Source: Antedon mediterranea
Taxonomy: Eukaryota; Animalia; Echinodermata
DNA length: 64,000 bases
NCBI RefSeq assembly: GCF_964355755.1
Contig: NC_092678.1
Span: forward strand, 23,825,365-23,889,364
Direction of reading: 5' to 3'
A program made the translations under genes and the position numbers. Numbering within the stretch: the first letter of the stretch is position 1; each line of letters opens with the position of its first letter. The notes below the pieces were generated by a model. It was not told where the DNA came from. It was given only the letters and a program-made list of their open reading frames with translations, and did no database searches. Shown here piece by piece: positions 38,893 to 52,039 of this stretch.

Positions 38893-41028
38893 TTAATAAT
38901 TAAATATTTGTACTGTTTTATCACCACCATTTACCACTGCTACTCTACGTGGATAGTGTGATAAGATGCATAATCCAAAAGGATAGCTGATTCCATCTTC
39001 TTTTTTATCAATTCTTTTAATGAACTTTCCACTATTACTAAATAGCTGTAGTTTGTGGCAACTTGATATTATTATATTGTCATCATCATCAACTACTACT
39101 CCACTGGGGTACTTCACCTTACCATCTTCGTCACATTCATTAACACGTTCTTCTATCAAGTACTCATTAACAAATAATTGTAAGAAATTCTGGTTATGGT
39201 ATAGTACAAAAATGTTTCCTTTTCTTGTAAATGAGACATCAATGATATTGATAAATTTCAAACCCGTAATATCACATATTGCTATTTTCTTAATCAGCTT
39301 GCCACTCTCAATGTTAAACATGGCTACATTGTCATCATGAGCTACATACATGACACGTGATGCTTCATCCACATGGATACCGTATGGATTTGTCAACTTT
39401 CCCTTACCAAATGATTTAACCACCTCACCATTCATAGTGCATAATGTGATGCATTTATTACCACGATCACTGAATGCTATATTACCATTATTCATTGTGT
39501 ACATTCTGTTTACTTGCACACCTTCTGATAGTGTAACCTTACCGATGTTTTCACCTGATTGCTTGTATTTGCGAATGGCATTGTCTCTACATGAAACAAG
39601 CAAGCAGTCGTCTCCATAATTAACTACACCACGAACCACTTTAACGGTATCTATTTTTATAGTTTTTAATAGTCCTTCTTTCTCTACTTTGATACTCATT
39701 GGTGACTTCTTAATGTGTTCACCATCAACTCTAACATCAACCCTCCAAATCCATGCACTTGTACATCTACCTATCACAGTATAGTCACCATTGATGTCTT
39801 CTTCTACTTCAGGGATGATAGTTTCTCCTGTTGGTTGTGTCAATGTAGCTTTTATGTAACTTGCATTTATTTCACATTCATCAGTTTTAATTATTTTAAC
39901 ATCAATCGTTTGTCCTGTCGTCATGCTCTCAGCTCCTTTTAATTCTAAACAGCCTGCCATTGAGTCTGTAATCATTCCAATGTTCTCGTGCAATAAAACA
40001 ATTTGTTTATTGTTTTTAACAAACTTAATCTCTGCATTTACATCAGATGTTGTGTTAGGCGCTGCCTTGATCCTATCATCCAACGCTCTAATGACGTCAT
40101 TACCGGATAACATGGCCGTTGCTTCGTTGCCCTTCTCTAGGTGATGAAGCAAATTGATGTTTGTATTTATAAACGATATCTTCGTTATCTCATCCTCTAT
40201 TTCAGCATCAGTTGCCTTCCTCTTTATTTTGTACATTGCCTCCATTTCACCTTTTAATTTGTCCTCATTGTATTTTATTCTTGTTACCAATTCCTTCACA
40301 TGATTTTCAATTCCTCTCAAACTCTTTTCCCTCTTTTTATCTAGTTTCTTAACACGATCAGTTCTTACTTTAAGATCATCATTTAATTTATCTGTACATT
40401 GTTTTGCCACTTTCTGTAATTCTTCTGATGTTTGTTTAAAGGTTTTAAACGCATCTGTTATGCTGATTATGGTGTGTTTGTCCTTTCCTTCCCATTCCTT
40501 GTGATCCATGAGTTGGCAGTGTATACAAATGGCAACATCGCATATTTTGCAAAACACAGTTAAAGGCTCATTGTGGATAGAACACAGAGGCGGATGCATC
40601 GCATTGATTTCACTGACACTCATAGATTTAACATCTTCCACTGAATGCAACTTGTGATTTTTAAAAAGTCTGTAGTTCTTATGATGATCACTACAATCGT
40701 GGCACAAATATTGTCTGCAATCCGGACAGTAGGTTTTAACTTTATTTTCTTTCCCACAAATACATTTGGTCTGATCTGTATTTGTGAATTGTTCAATTGT
40801 TTCTAATAGATTATTCAGAAAAGTGTTGGGCGGTAATTTCTTTAAACCGCCCTCTGGAATCTGATAAGATTTTGAGCAAGTTGGACAGGTTACCTTCTTA
40901 TTTCTTTTCAACCAGTTGTCAAGACAACCCAAACAGAAGCTGTGAAGACATGGTAAGGTTCTGGGTTCGTTGAGTCTATTTAAGCATATTTGACACTCTA
41001 GAAATGTAGCCAAATCACTGGTAGCCAT
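38893..41028 (-). CDS. TRIM-NHL E3 ligase copy 2, 711 aa
   Basis: Paralog of copy 1; shorter N-terminus (lacks MASGGK and an 8-aa DIDEKVLE stretch); intact ORF to ..IFNY stop. Confidence 0.9.
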   Translation of the reverse strand: MATSDLATFLECQICLNRLNEPRTLPCLHSFCLGCLDNWLKRNKKVTCPTCSKSYQIPEGGLKKLPPNTFLNNLLETIEQFTNTDQTKCICGKENKVKTYCPDCRQYLCHDCSDHHKNYRLFKNHKLHSVEDVKSMSVSEINAMHPPLCSIHNEPLTVFCKICDVAICIHCQLMDHKEWEGKDKHTIISITDAFKTFKQTSEELQKVAKQCTDKLNDDLKVRTDRVKKLDKKREKSLRGIENHVKELVTRIKYNEDKLKGEMEAMYKIKRKATDAEIEDEITKISFINTNINLLHHLEKGNEATAMLSGNDVIRALDDRIKAAPNTTSDVNAEIKFVKNNKQIVLLHENIGMITDSMAGCLELKGAESMTTGQTIDVKIIKTDECEINASYIKATLTQPTGETIIPEVEEDINGDYTVIGRCTSAWIWRVDVRVDGEHIKKSPMSIKVEKEGLLKTIKIDTVKVVRGVVNYGDDCLLVSCRDNAIRKYKQSGENIGKVTLSEGVQVNRMYTMNNGNIAFSDRGNKCITLCTMNGEVVKSFGKGKLTNPYGIHVDEASRVMYVAHDDNVAMFNIESGKLIKKIAICDITGLKFINIIDVSFTRKGNIFVLYHNQNFLQLFVNEYLIEERVNECDEDGKVKYPSGVVVDDDDNIIISSCHKLQLFSNSGKFIKRIDKKEDGISYPFGLCILSHYPRRVAVVNGGDKTVQIFNY

Positions 41029-41399
41029 TTTGAGTTAATCTGTGAACTGATAATTACTTTAATGGTTATTTTCCTTTATTTGTATTTGTTTTAATGCATT
41101 CACATAATTTATAATCTTTTATTTTTGATGGCTCAAATTGAGTACTTCATAGTTATTTTAAGAATGAAGTATTAAGTGTAACAGACAAATCGCATACAAT
41201 CGACATATGTTAATTTATACTTATAAATAATTTAAAACACAGACACTAGACAGAAATTATCATAATAAAATTCCTATATGAATTTTTTTAAAATCTTTTA
41301 TGGATCTCTCCCATCTTTATTCATTCATTAATGTATGCATGTTTTGATATACAAAAGTTCATTATTATATAATACAATAAAATAATATATAAAATAATA

Positions 41400-42420
41400 T
41401 TATAGAACAAGTTGTTAATATAAGACAGCACACAAACAATCTTGTTAAATATTATATAATATAAAATTTATAATATTACACCTTATGGATAGTGTTTTTT
41501 TAAAAAAAATAAAAAAACATTTTTTTTATTTATACAGTTTTTCAGGTAAGTAATACGTTTCATTATTTTTATACATAATTGTTGTTTATAGCATTGATAA
41601 TATGTATTTTCTTATATTTTTTTCCTTTATAAAGAGATGATGAAGTGAGGCATATTTCCATTTATTTAGTTGTTTTAATACATTAGCTTTGTATATGCTT
41701 AGCAAACCAATTGAAAACACATGATCTACATACGTATTTCCAGTGCCAAGTACTCTATTTTTTTAATTGGCCTCGATATTGAATTTAGTTAGAATGATCA
41801 TTTATGTAAAGCCACAAATTATTTGCTTCCGCACATTCAAAAAATAAATGTGCATCATCTTCAACACAGTCGCATTGTGGACATTTGTTTATGTTTACAA
41901 TTTTCATATACATAACCTCTTTCTACCTCTTTCTAGTTGGAATAATCCTAAGTAGTAACTTAAAGTTAATTTGTTTGAGCTTGTTTTCCTTAATTAATTT
42001 TATTTTACGCTTCCATGTTAATTTCCAATCAATTGTAGTATTAAAGTACAACTGCCATTTTATTTGACATTTTGGTTCTATACCTTTTTTTCTAATAAAA
42101 CAGTTATATATTTGCTTACTTGTTATTTTACATAATTTAGTAGCAGACTGAACCTTGTCCTGTATTGTATTTTCATTTTTGACTTAATATAACGTCTTTC
42201 CATTCTTGTGGAATGGCTTGTAGTAAGTTGTGAAATTCTGCTATCCAATTTGATTTTGAAATTAGAATTTCAAGTAACATAATTCGAATTAATGAATCTA
42301 TCACCTAAAACAATATATTTTATTTTTCTAATATCCAGTTTCCAGTGATAGTCTGTTATAACTTATAAATTTATTTCCCCAAATGTTTTGTTCTAATATT
42401 TCATCATAGCCTGACAATTT
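41400..42420 (-). mobile_element. Decayed L1/Tx1-type LINE 3' fragment in the TRIM copy 2 5'-UTR intron
   Basis: FKLLLRIIPTRKR..KCPQCDCVEDDAHLFFEC zf-RVT-like motif at ~41830-41970; absent from other units; boundaries approximate. Confidence 0.65.
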
Positions 42421-43371
42421 CATTATATTTAGTTAATGCAATTAATAGATAAAAACTAGGTATACCTTTACAACATTTTATATCATAGTGAATGTTTAGT
42501 CGTGGTTTTTGTGACGTTGGTGTATTTATATTACCAGAGCATGACTGGTTCTTTTGTTTACATTCTATTGATATGATCTCAAAATAACATTAGGTAGCTA
42601 GTTAATAGTTACACGTATGAAATGAAATACTTTAACAGTCACCAAAAATTATTATTATAAAAATAAGAACAGATATTTGCTGTTTTAACCCCACTCCTCT
42701 CATAGAGGGCTATAGTATGGAATTCTACCAAAATGTAGATGTTTAAGTTGATAGTAATAATTATGGTTGATTTACAAATCTTGGGAAGTCCCGGCCAATC
42801 GGAAAACTCTGAAATTAGTTTAGAAATGTGTAGTGACGTCACCAGTCACACCCAGAATATTATTTAACTGGATTAGTTCTTATTTCTATTCGCTGTGTAT
42901 TCAAACCGAAGACATTACCTTACAAAAGTATAATACATACTCGTAAGATTATTCAATATTTTGGCATAACATTAAGCATCGAAATGAAGATGATCAATTT
43001 GATATTTAATACTGAATCATACAATTGCGTTTATTGATACTAGAAAACTGTGCCCTTATCCGAACCAGAATACGATAAAATAGTCTAAGAATTTATTAAA
43101 TAACTTACCTTTTAGTTTTTTGATTAGTATTTTAATGTTGTTGTAGACAGGCGCAAATGCTCTCAGGTTAAGTTGAAACAAGATGGTTCGGATATAAAAT
43201 AACTTGTGTTTAGTTCTGATTCCTGTGGCGGTGGTGTATTTTTATTAGACTAGCATGATTGCTTCTTTTATGTACAGACTATTGATAAGAGCACAACATA
43301 TGCCTTACACGGAAACGTTACAAATTATTGGCATCCATTTGTGCTAAAATGATTTTCATTTTACGAATATT

Positions 43372-43489
43372 TATTTTATTTTATTTTATTTCATCAAAAC
43401 CAAACCAACAGCAACAAAAGATGCCACTTAAAGGTATGAAACAGAAAACAGATACAATAAATACTCTATATATGAAGCAAACTTAAATA
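43372..43489 (-). mobile_element. Very short LINE/SINE 3' tail insertion
   Basis: Ends in (AAATA)n on the - strand; flanked by aatatt duplication; absent in units 3 and 4. Confidence 0.55.
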
Positions 43490-44982
43490 AATATTAAGCT
43501 GAATCTCCGCTTAGAATCTAGACTACGGTGGTATGTGTCGTAAGCTAGGCAAAAACATAATACGAATAGTTCACAACTTTAAATCAAAATACAATGACAT
43601 TTTATTTACTTAATTTCAAACACAATTTAATGCATAACAAACAAGATCAATAAAATAAAAAATTACAACACAAGACCACTACTGAAATTGTGACTTCTAT
43701 TAATTGGAATTAGTTGTTAAATATTTATATTTAATGAATTTTATTCATGTAATTATGAATATTGTAATTAAAATACAATTTTCACAGCGATCAAGTAGAA
43801 ATAAAGTGTAATGATTTATATAATTAATAATATTTTAGAATTGCTGTTTGAGGAATTATAATATATAACCTTATATACGGCGATTGTTCGTCATCACATA
43901 GTAAGCTTGCTCTTACGTAGAAAACATTCAAGTAATATGTACAATAGTCGATCTATATTGGAGGAATACAATATACTTATTACAATAAGAATCCGTTTTA
44001 TCAAATATTTAATTTAATTTTAATTATATTGCTATTTTATTGGTTATTAGTTTCAGGGAGTTGTTATTTTACAATTCCATGTTTAGTTTTATTACTATAA
44101 CATATTTAATATCCTAGGCCTGATATTATCATTATTATTACTACAATTGTTTATAAAATGTACGAGTAGGCCTATTTAAGGGAAACGATAGCAAATATTT
44201 CTATTTCACTTTCACTAAAAGTTAAAACCGTTTTCGGCGATGATCGCCGAAAATGATCGTTTTTAGCCGCGGCCACGAACGATGTGTAAACAATTTGCAT
44301 CCTCAGTCGATAATTGTATTAAATACGCCATTTATCGTTAAAATAATTACAAATATTTACGTTTTTTAGTAATTTATTTTATATATCACCATCACCACTC
44401 ATACCAAATAATATGGTCGATAATTGGAAGTGGACTTTAATTTGAAGAAAATTAGTTGGGCATCATTAACTTGTTTTTGTGTCAACTATAATTTAAAGCT
44501 TTGGGCCTACTTTACCTTTTTATGACATGCACAAGCCGCACTGAAAATAGTCTTAATTATTATAGTGGTCATTAACGAAGGTCGTTAAAAAGAAGACAAG
44601 TACATACGCGATCAAAACATGAAACTTATTTTCAAATCCCAACCACCTATCATAAAACGGTTACCTGACTACTAATATTTTCCCCCGTACAATATTCAAT
44701 CGTGGACACATTTCAATACATGGGTCAGACATTATTAAACGGGCCGAACAGCATTCAATTGTTGAAAACCGCCCGCGAACCCGTCCAATTCAACTGGACA
44801 CTATTCAATGCTGGAAAGTGTCCGCTCGGACAATTTTGAATGCCGGACACTTCAATCTTACAACGGCCGTACGCGCTAGATGATAAGATATTTTAACAAC
44901 ATCAGATGTAATGAAAATAAAAAATAGATCTGATGGAAAGATATGTTAATTAACAAACACTCGAAAGAATTATGTTTACAGT

Positions 44983-45134
44983 TCAATTATTGTCAAAGAA
45001 TGAAAATAGTCTTCTTATTTGCCTAACCTTTTTTCCGGCACCCTTGTTTGCCGACGGATCGCGATGATGTGCCGACGGACAGCCAGAGCCGGGGAGCACT
45101 GTGTCCACTGGCCTCTCCACTCGATACGCCACTG
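44983..45134 (-). mobile_element. hAT-like transposon terminus fused to TRIM copy 3
   Basis: 5'-CAGTGGCGTATCGAGTGGAGAGGCCAGTGG.. GC-rich end; no partner end seen; inner boundary unknown. Confidence 0.5.
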
Positions 45135-46599
45135 CACCTACTTTGATACTCATAGGTGATTTTTTAATGTGTTCACCATCAACTTTAACATCAACCTTGC
45201 AAATCCCTGAACCTGTACATCTACCTATCACAGTATAGTCACCAATAATGTCTTCTAATACTTGAGGGATGACAGTTTCTCCTGTTGGTTGTGTCAATGT
45301 AGCTTTTATGCCATTTGCATTTATTTCACATTCATCAGTTTTAATTATTTTAACATCAATCGTTTGTCCTGTCGTCATACTCTTGGCTCCTTTTAATTCT
45401 AAACAGGCTGCCCTTGAGTCTGTAATCATTCCAATGTTCTCGTGCAATGAACACAACTTATTCTCTGCATGAACATTATATCTTGTTTTAGTTACTGACC
45501 TGATCCTATCATCCGACGCTCTAATGACACTTGGATTGTTTTTAACAAACTTAATCTCTGCATTAACATCAGATTTTGTGTTAGGCATAGCCTTGATCCT
45601 ATCATCCAACGCTCTAATGACGTCATTACCGGATAACATTGCCGTTGCTTCGTTGCCCTTCCCTAGGTGATGAAGCAAATTGATGTTAGTGTTTATATAC
45701 GATATCGTCGTTGTCACATCCTCTATTTCTGCATCAGTTGCCTTCCTCTTTATTTTGTACATTGCCTCCACTTTACCTTTTAATTTTTCTTCATTATCAT
45801 TTATTCTTCTTACCAATTCCTTCACATGATTTTCAATTCCTCTCAAACTCTTTTCTCTGTTTTCATCTAGTTTCTTAACACGATCAGTCCTTACTTTAAG
45901 GTCTTCATTTAATTTATCTGTACATTGTTTAGCATCTTTCTGTAATTCTCCTGATGTTTGTTTAAACGTTTTAAACGCGTCTGTTATGCTGATTATGATG
46001 TGTTTGTCTTTTCCTTCCCATTCCTTGTGATCCATGAGTTGGCAGTGTATACAAATGGCAACATCGCATATTTTGCAAAACACTGTTAATGGTTCATTGT
46101 GGATAGAACACAGAGGTGGGTGCATCGCATTGATTTCACTGACACTCATAGACTGAACATCTTCCACTGAATGCATCTTGTGATTTTTAAAAAGTCTGTA
46201 GTTCTTATGATGATCACTACAATCGTGGCACAAATATTGTCTGCAATCTTGACAGTAGGTTTTAGATTTACCTTCCTTTCCACAAATACATTTCGTCTGA
46301 TCTGTATTTGTGAATTGTTCAATTGTTTCTAATAGATTATTCAGAAAAGTGTTTGGTGGTAATTTCTTTAAACCACCTAATGGAATCTGATAAGATTTGG
46401 AACAAGTTGGACAGGTTTCTTTCTTATATTTCTCCAACCAGTTGTCAAGACAACCGAAACAGAAACTGTGAAGACATGTTAAGGTTCTGGGTTCGTTGAG
46501 TCTATTTAAGCATATTTGACACTCTAGAACCTTCTCATCGATATCTTCTAAAAATTTAGCCAAATCACCACTGGTAGCCATCTTACCACCGCTAGCCAT
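44983..46599 (-). pseudogene. TRIM copy 3, truncated after the filamin domain (no NHL); ORF reads ~50 codons into transposon DNA; pseudogene or truncated isoform
   Basis: Homology to paralogs stops at SPMSIKV (~45138); then CAGTGGCGTATCGAG.. hAT-like end; likely start is MASGG at 46599, just after the ttacag acceptor. Confidence 0.75.
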
Positions 46600-49212
46600 C
46601 TTGAGTTGATCTGTAAACAATTGATATTTCCGTCTTATTTTAATTGTGTTTACATTGTGAAATACATTTAATAATTCGCAGAGTTTATTGTCTTTCATTT
46701 TTGCGTGCTCACTTGATATTTTGTAAAGATACATTAGACCACCTATGGCGCAAGTCTATGTAGACACAAGCCCAATTGCTGAGATCAAATAAATAGTTCC
46801 GATATGAATTAAGTGTTTATTCATGATTCCTGTGACGTTAGTGTATTTATATTATTACCAGAGCATGACTGGTTCTTTTGTGTACTATTGATATGACCAC
46901 AAAATAACATTCCGGAGAGCTAGGTACCTGGACACGTATAACATTAAGATAGGCCTACCGTACTTATAAAAATGAGAAAAGGTATTTTAACCCACTCTTC
47001 TCATAGGGCTATAGCATGTACTTCTACAAAAATGTATCACAGCCTTTTGTTTACGTTGATAGAAGTATTAATCATATTTTATTTAAAAATCCTGGGGAGT
47101 TTCGGCCAATCGCTAAACTTTGAAATTAGTTTATAAATCGATCGGTCATGTGACATTTTTTGTGACATCACCAATCATACCCAGAATATTATTAAACTGG
47201 ATTAGTTCTTATTTCTATTCGCTGTGTATTAAAACCGAAGATATTACCTTACAAAAGTATAATACATACTCGTGAGATTATTTTATATTTTGGCATAACA
47301 TTAAGCATCGAAAATGAAGATGATCAATTTTATATGTAATACTGAATCATACAATTGCGTTTATTGATACTAGAAAACTGTGCCCTTATCCGAACCAGAA
47401 CACGACAAAATGGTCCAAGAACTTATTAAATAACTTACCTTTTGATATGATTAGTGTTTTGATATTTTGTAGACAGGCGCAAATGCTCCCCAGGTTAAGT
47501 TGAAACAAGATGGTTCGGATATAAAATAACTTGTTTAGTCCTGGTTCCTGTGGCGGTGGTGTATTTTCATTAGACTAGCATGATTGCTTCTTTTATGTAC
47601 AGTCTATTGATAAGAAGACAAAATATGCCTTACACGGAAACGTTACAAATTATCGGCATACATTTGTGCTGAAATGTTTTTTTATTTTAGGACTATTAAT
47701 CTAGACTAGAATCTAGACAATTTAAATGTACCGTAATGTATGAACCGTCTGAACCCTCTATTACTTTATATCAAAATATTCGTTTCAGGCGGGGCGGATC
47801 CAAGAGTAGCGATTGTTTCTTGCGCTATCTATCTGTACTGGACTAGCAAAATCTAATTAATCAGATTGTTGAAAGTTTGAAATGAATTGTCGACATTAAC
47901 GGGTGACAGAGCAGAAGTTCTAGGTTTCGATTGTTGCTTCCTTCTTTTTTTAAAAGACCGAACAAGTATTTCAGATTTTGTCAGTGTTTTCTCATTTCAA
48001 AATTTTACTTATTTCTGAACATCTAAATATTCTTCAGGTTGACAATTTTAATTATTGTTACAATCAACAACTATATTTTATTTACAATATTTTAAACCAC
48101 TGTTTATATATTGTCTTTTTTTTCCCTTTTTTGGTTGATTTTTTATCGTTAATTTAGATTAGGCCTTATTATTAACAAGTTTTCATATTTAAATTTAAGA
48201 TATTTCGTATTCCATTAATAAATAAAAGTTATGTTTGGCATCATCTCACTCATAATTGCAACAAAATTGTTTTGTAGTTACTTTCTATATTGTATGGGAT
48301 TAATGTTAGAATCTCACCAATCCGATGTGTTAATTTCAACTCATCTTGTCCTGCTCCAAACAACCTGGTACAAAGTTGAAGCTATGGTAGGCTGGACCGA
48401 GCATGCTGAGTTTGTAGACAGGGAATGTTGTACATCCTAAAATACTAATATCAAAACTAGTAGATACTACAAATCTGATTGATTTTCAGCATTTATTAGA
48501 TTTAGACTAAAACACAGGTGAATTAATTATTTTGTAAATGATATTTCTCTCCAGATGAAAACAAAAATTGTCTAATCAGCAAAATAAACCAAAATACGGT
48601 TGAACTATTTCATTAATTTGTCATTAATTCTACTCTAGTAAATAATTGAAACTAAATATAATGCAACGATTTAAGAATGAGAGTTACCTACAGTAATTAA
48701 TGTAATATTTATATGATTTAACATAGGTTTCAACGAATTCAAATATGGCTGAACAATACAAAATATATTATATACAATTATACAGTATTATACTGCTGTT
48801 ATTCATCATTACATAATAAACCTTTTAGTTCACGTTAGATAGTAGTTCCACAGCATTCAAGTGAAAATAAAATGTATTATATTAAAACATTTAAGTGCTC
48901 TCTCGTCACTACCAGTTTCCCTGACTTAAGTCATCACTTAAATCCTACAATATGTCAGCTTCCGTGTCTTGGGGACTATACAGTATGCGTAATAAGTAAT
49001 ATTGTGTTTTTAATTTAACATCAGAGAGGCGCCAGGTAAACATTAGCTTTAAGACGCCTCTGATTTCAATTACAATATTTTCTTCTTAAACAATATTTTA
49101 TTCATTTTATCACAAAGATAAACAAGTATAAGCAAATGTAATTAGACTGATTATTTATACTAGATGGTTACAGGGCGCCGTTTGGGACATTGCTAATTTT
49201 GTAGAAATATTA

Positions 49213-49730
49213 CAATTTTGTCTACACATAATTAATTTTGTCAATACAAAATTCATTTTGTCAACACAAAATTAATTTTGTATTGACAAAATTCATTTTG
49301 TCAACACAAAATGTATTCTGTGTGGACAAAATTCATTTTGTCTCGACAAAATTAATCAGAGTGTAAACAAAATTCATTCTGTGTAGACAAAATTCATTCT
49401 GTAACGACAAAATTCATTTTGTGTAGACAAAATTAATTCTGTGTGGACAAAATTAATTCTGTGTAGACAAAATTCATTCTGTAACGACAAAATTCATTTT
49501 GTGTAGACAAAATTAATTCTGTGTGGACAAAATTAATTCTGTGTAGACAAAATTCATTCTGTAACGACAAAATTCATTTTGTGGCGACAAAATGTATTCT
49601 GTGTAGACAACATTTATTCTGTGTAGACAAAATTCATTCTATGTTGACAAAATTAATTCTGTGTAGACAAAATTCATTCTGTAACGACAAAATTCACTTT
49701 GTCGCGACAAAATCAAAATGAATTTTGTTA
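49213..49730. repeat. 20-bp tandem array (left TIR)
   Basis: acaaaattcattctgtgtag units, about 25 copies. Confidence 0.95.
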
Positions 49731-52039
49731 GCGTAGCCTACTCAAGCGTTTGGACAAAACGTTTTTTAAAAGAGCGCGCGAATCTTAGACATTTGTTATT
49801 GGTTCAGTTATTATGGTTGAGCATGCCTCCGTCTCTATTGCTATCATATTAATCTATTTTATAATATCAGGGACCCCTGAAAATATCAGATATGATCAGT
49901 ATTCATACTTTGACAATTTAATATCTACGTCGTCAGTAATAATTATTATTATGTATTCTATATTAAAAAATCGGAAAATGGTTTTCATTAGAGCCCTGCT
50001 TATTACTTAAGTAAATTGTAGTAATGGGGCTATTTAATATTGTGTCGTTTAAAATATTATTTATTAATCTTATAAAATGTATATACTTTATTTTAAAATT
50101 AAAGATGTATTGTCTCCCAAAATCATGAAAAATAAAGATTTTTAAAATCGGACTTTGAATAGGCCATTATGCAGTTTTAATGAAGTTGTTCACTTCCATA
50201 AGAAAAAAGAACGAGGAAAAAAATTATTTCACCTATAAAAAGACAAAATAAACAGTTAAATTACCCAAAAACTCATTGGCTTCCAGACAATTTGACCATT
50301 TTTTGCTTTAAATTACAGTTTTTTCAGGTAAATAATTTTTTTTCAGACCCAATTTTTTGTGAAAGTGAATAACTATTATGTGACATTAAAATAACATATT
50401 CAACAAAAAGATTAAAAAAAACATTTTTTTCAGGGGACAATATATTTTTAAGATAATAATAATCATTGCAGAAATAATGATGCTGAAAGCTGTCCGTTAT
50501 TTGAAGAAAAAAAAAACATTTACAGAACTGACTACAAAAGATTGCTCACGTTAGTTTTATTATACAGTCATCCACCCTGCGAAACCTAATAACCTCTAAC
50601 CTACAGTAGTAAGTAGGCCAGGTAGCCTACGTTGGCTAGGTTACAGGACTGATTGCCCATAAAACATTCGATGTATAAATATCAACACCCCACAAACAGT
50701 GTAATAAATTACCTTTCCAGACCGAAAACCATTCTGGTTTGACTGAGGGTCTGGGCTTCTCCAAGATTACGCAAGTTGTCTAGGACCTCTTCAGCCAGGT
50801 AAAGCTTCAATAATGGGGCTATTCGATTCGATTCGAACATTCGATGTATAAATATCAACACCCCAGACATTGTAATAATGACCTTTTCTGCCCGAAATTA
50901 CGATACTCTTTCGATACAACTCCATATTTTATTAGTGGAAAATGCATTTTTATTTAACATCAATCTTATCAAGCCAGCCAAAGACTGAATACGTACATGA
51001 AAAGTACAAAGAACAATGTAAGCCTATAAACAATTATTTGCAATTAGCAATGTATAATAAATAAAATCAACCATGAAGTTGTAAAATAAGCAGAAACATA
51101 ACATTTATATCTAGCATTTTTAACATTATTATATTCAAACAACACTCTGTTGTCAATTTAAATCGTTTGATTCGTGAGTCGAGGTAAAGAAAGTGCTTTA
51201 CCATTTTTCTTTCAAAAGCATAGGCCTATAGCAAACAAGGCCAACAGCCACTGTACATTACGCGGACCAGGCTACGTTAGCGTTACGGTTAGGCAATTTG
51301 GTTTTGACAAGCAATTACTGTCAGTGCTTTGTAAGTTATTGTGATTTTATTGCCCTGGAGTGTCATTTGAGCCACAAGTTCTAACTACAAGTCCTGCCCA
51401 CTGGAGGTTGGTCTAACCTGAGATGATTCGCATGGAAGAGCTTGAGTCATCCTCTTAAGTTTGGCCTCGATGACCTTTGCGCAGGCTACCTAGAATTCTC
51501 ATGGGCCATTAAATATTCAGTTTCAACTTTTAGATTTTATGTGGTTTGAGACTTTGTTGAGCATTTTTAAAAATGTGTATAGGCCTACTACAGTACATAA
51601 TATTAATATTCAATCAAAGATAAGAACAATAATGCAATATACATTGAGATATAAATGATGTAAAATAAACCATAAAGATTAATACAATAAACTACAAATA
51701 GCCAATTTTTAAGTTTGAATGGAAAAAATGATTGACCTATGAAAGAACCCTAAAATAAACATATAAATAAAAATAAACGCCAAGTGATGATAACCAATTT
51801 AAATTAATACACATTAAAAAGTTTTATCATTATGTAAATAATTATCTTAAATTAAAAATGAAAGATATATTTAGGTTAACAAATTGAATATAATATGTTT
51901 CCTTTTTTCTTATCACTCTTGAAAAGTAATGTTATCTGTTATCTGCCAGAGTCAAATGTTCTGACCCTTTCATCATTTGTTTAGCTCTGCTGATGTTACT
52001 CTGATACTTTTTTTCGTAAAATGCTACAAATAAGTGTGT

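Noticed and set aside
46600-46734. 45-aa N-terminal extension MYLYKISSEH.. of TRIM copies 3 and 4 (also ORF 32488-32670)
   Set aside because: Lies upstream of a conserved splice acceptor, within the predicted 5'-UTR intron; not in frame in copies 1 and 2.
49213-49730. CRISPR-like appearance of palindromic repeats
   Set aside because: Spacers are only 4 nt and recur; no cas genes; eukaryotic context; the array is mirrored as a TIR.
50713-50818. Open exon-like segment on the - strand inside the foldback element (also ~51385-51490)
   Set aside because: Short, no recognisable domain, and cannot be linked into a gene model by eye.
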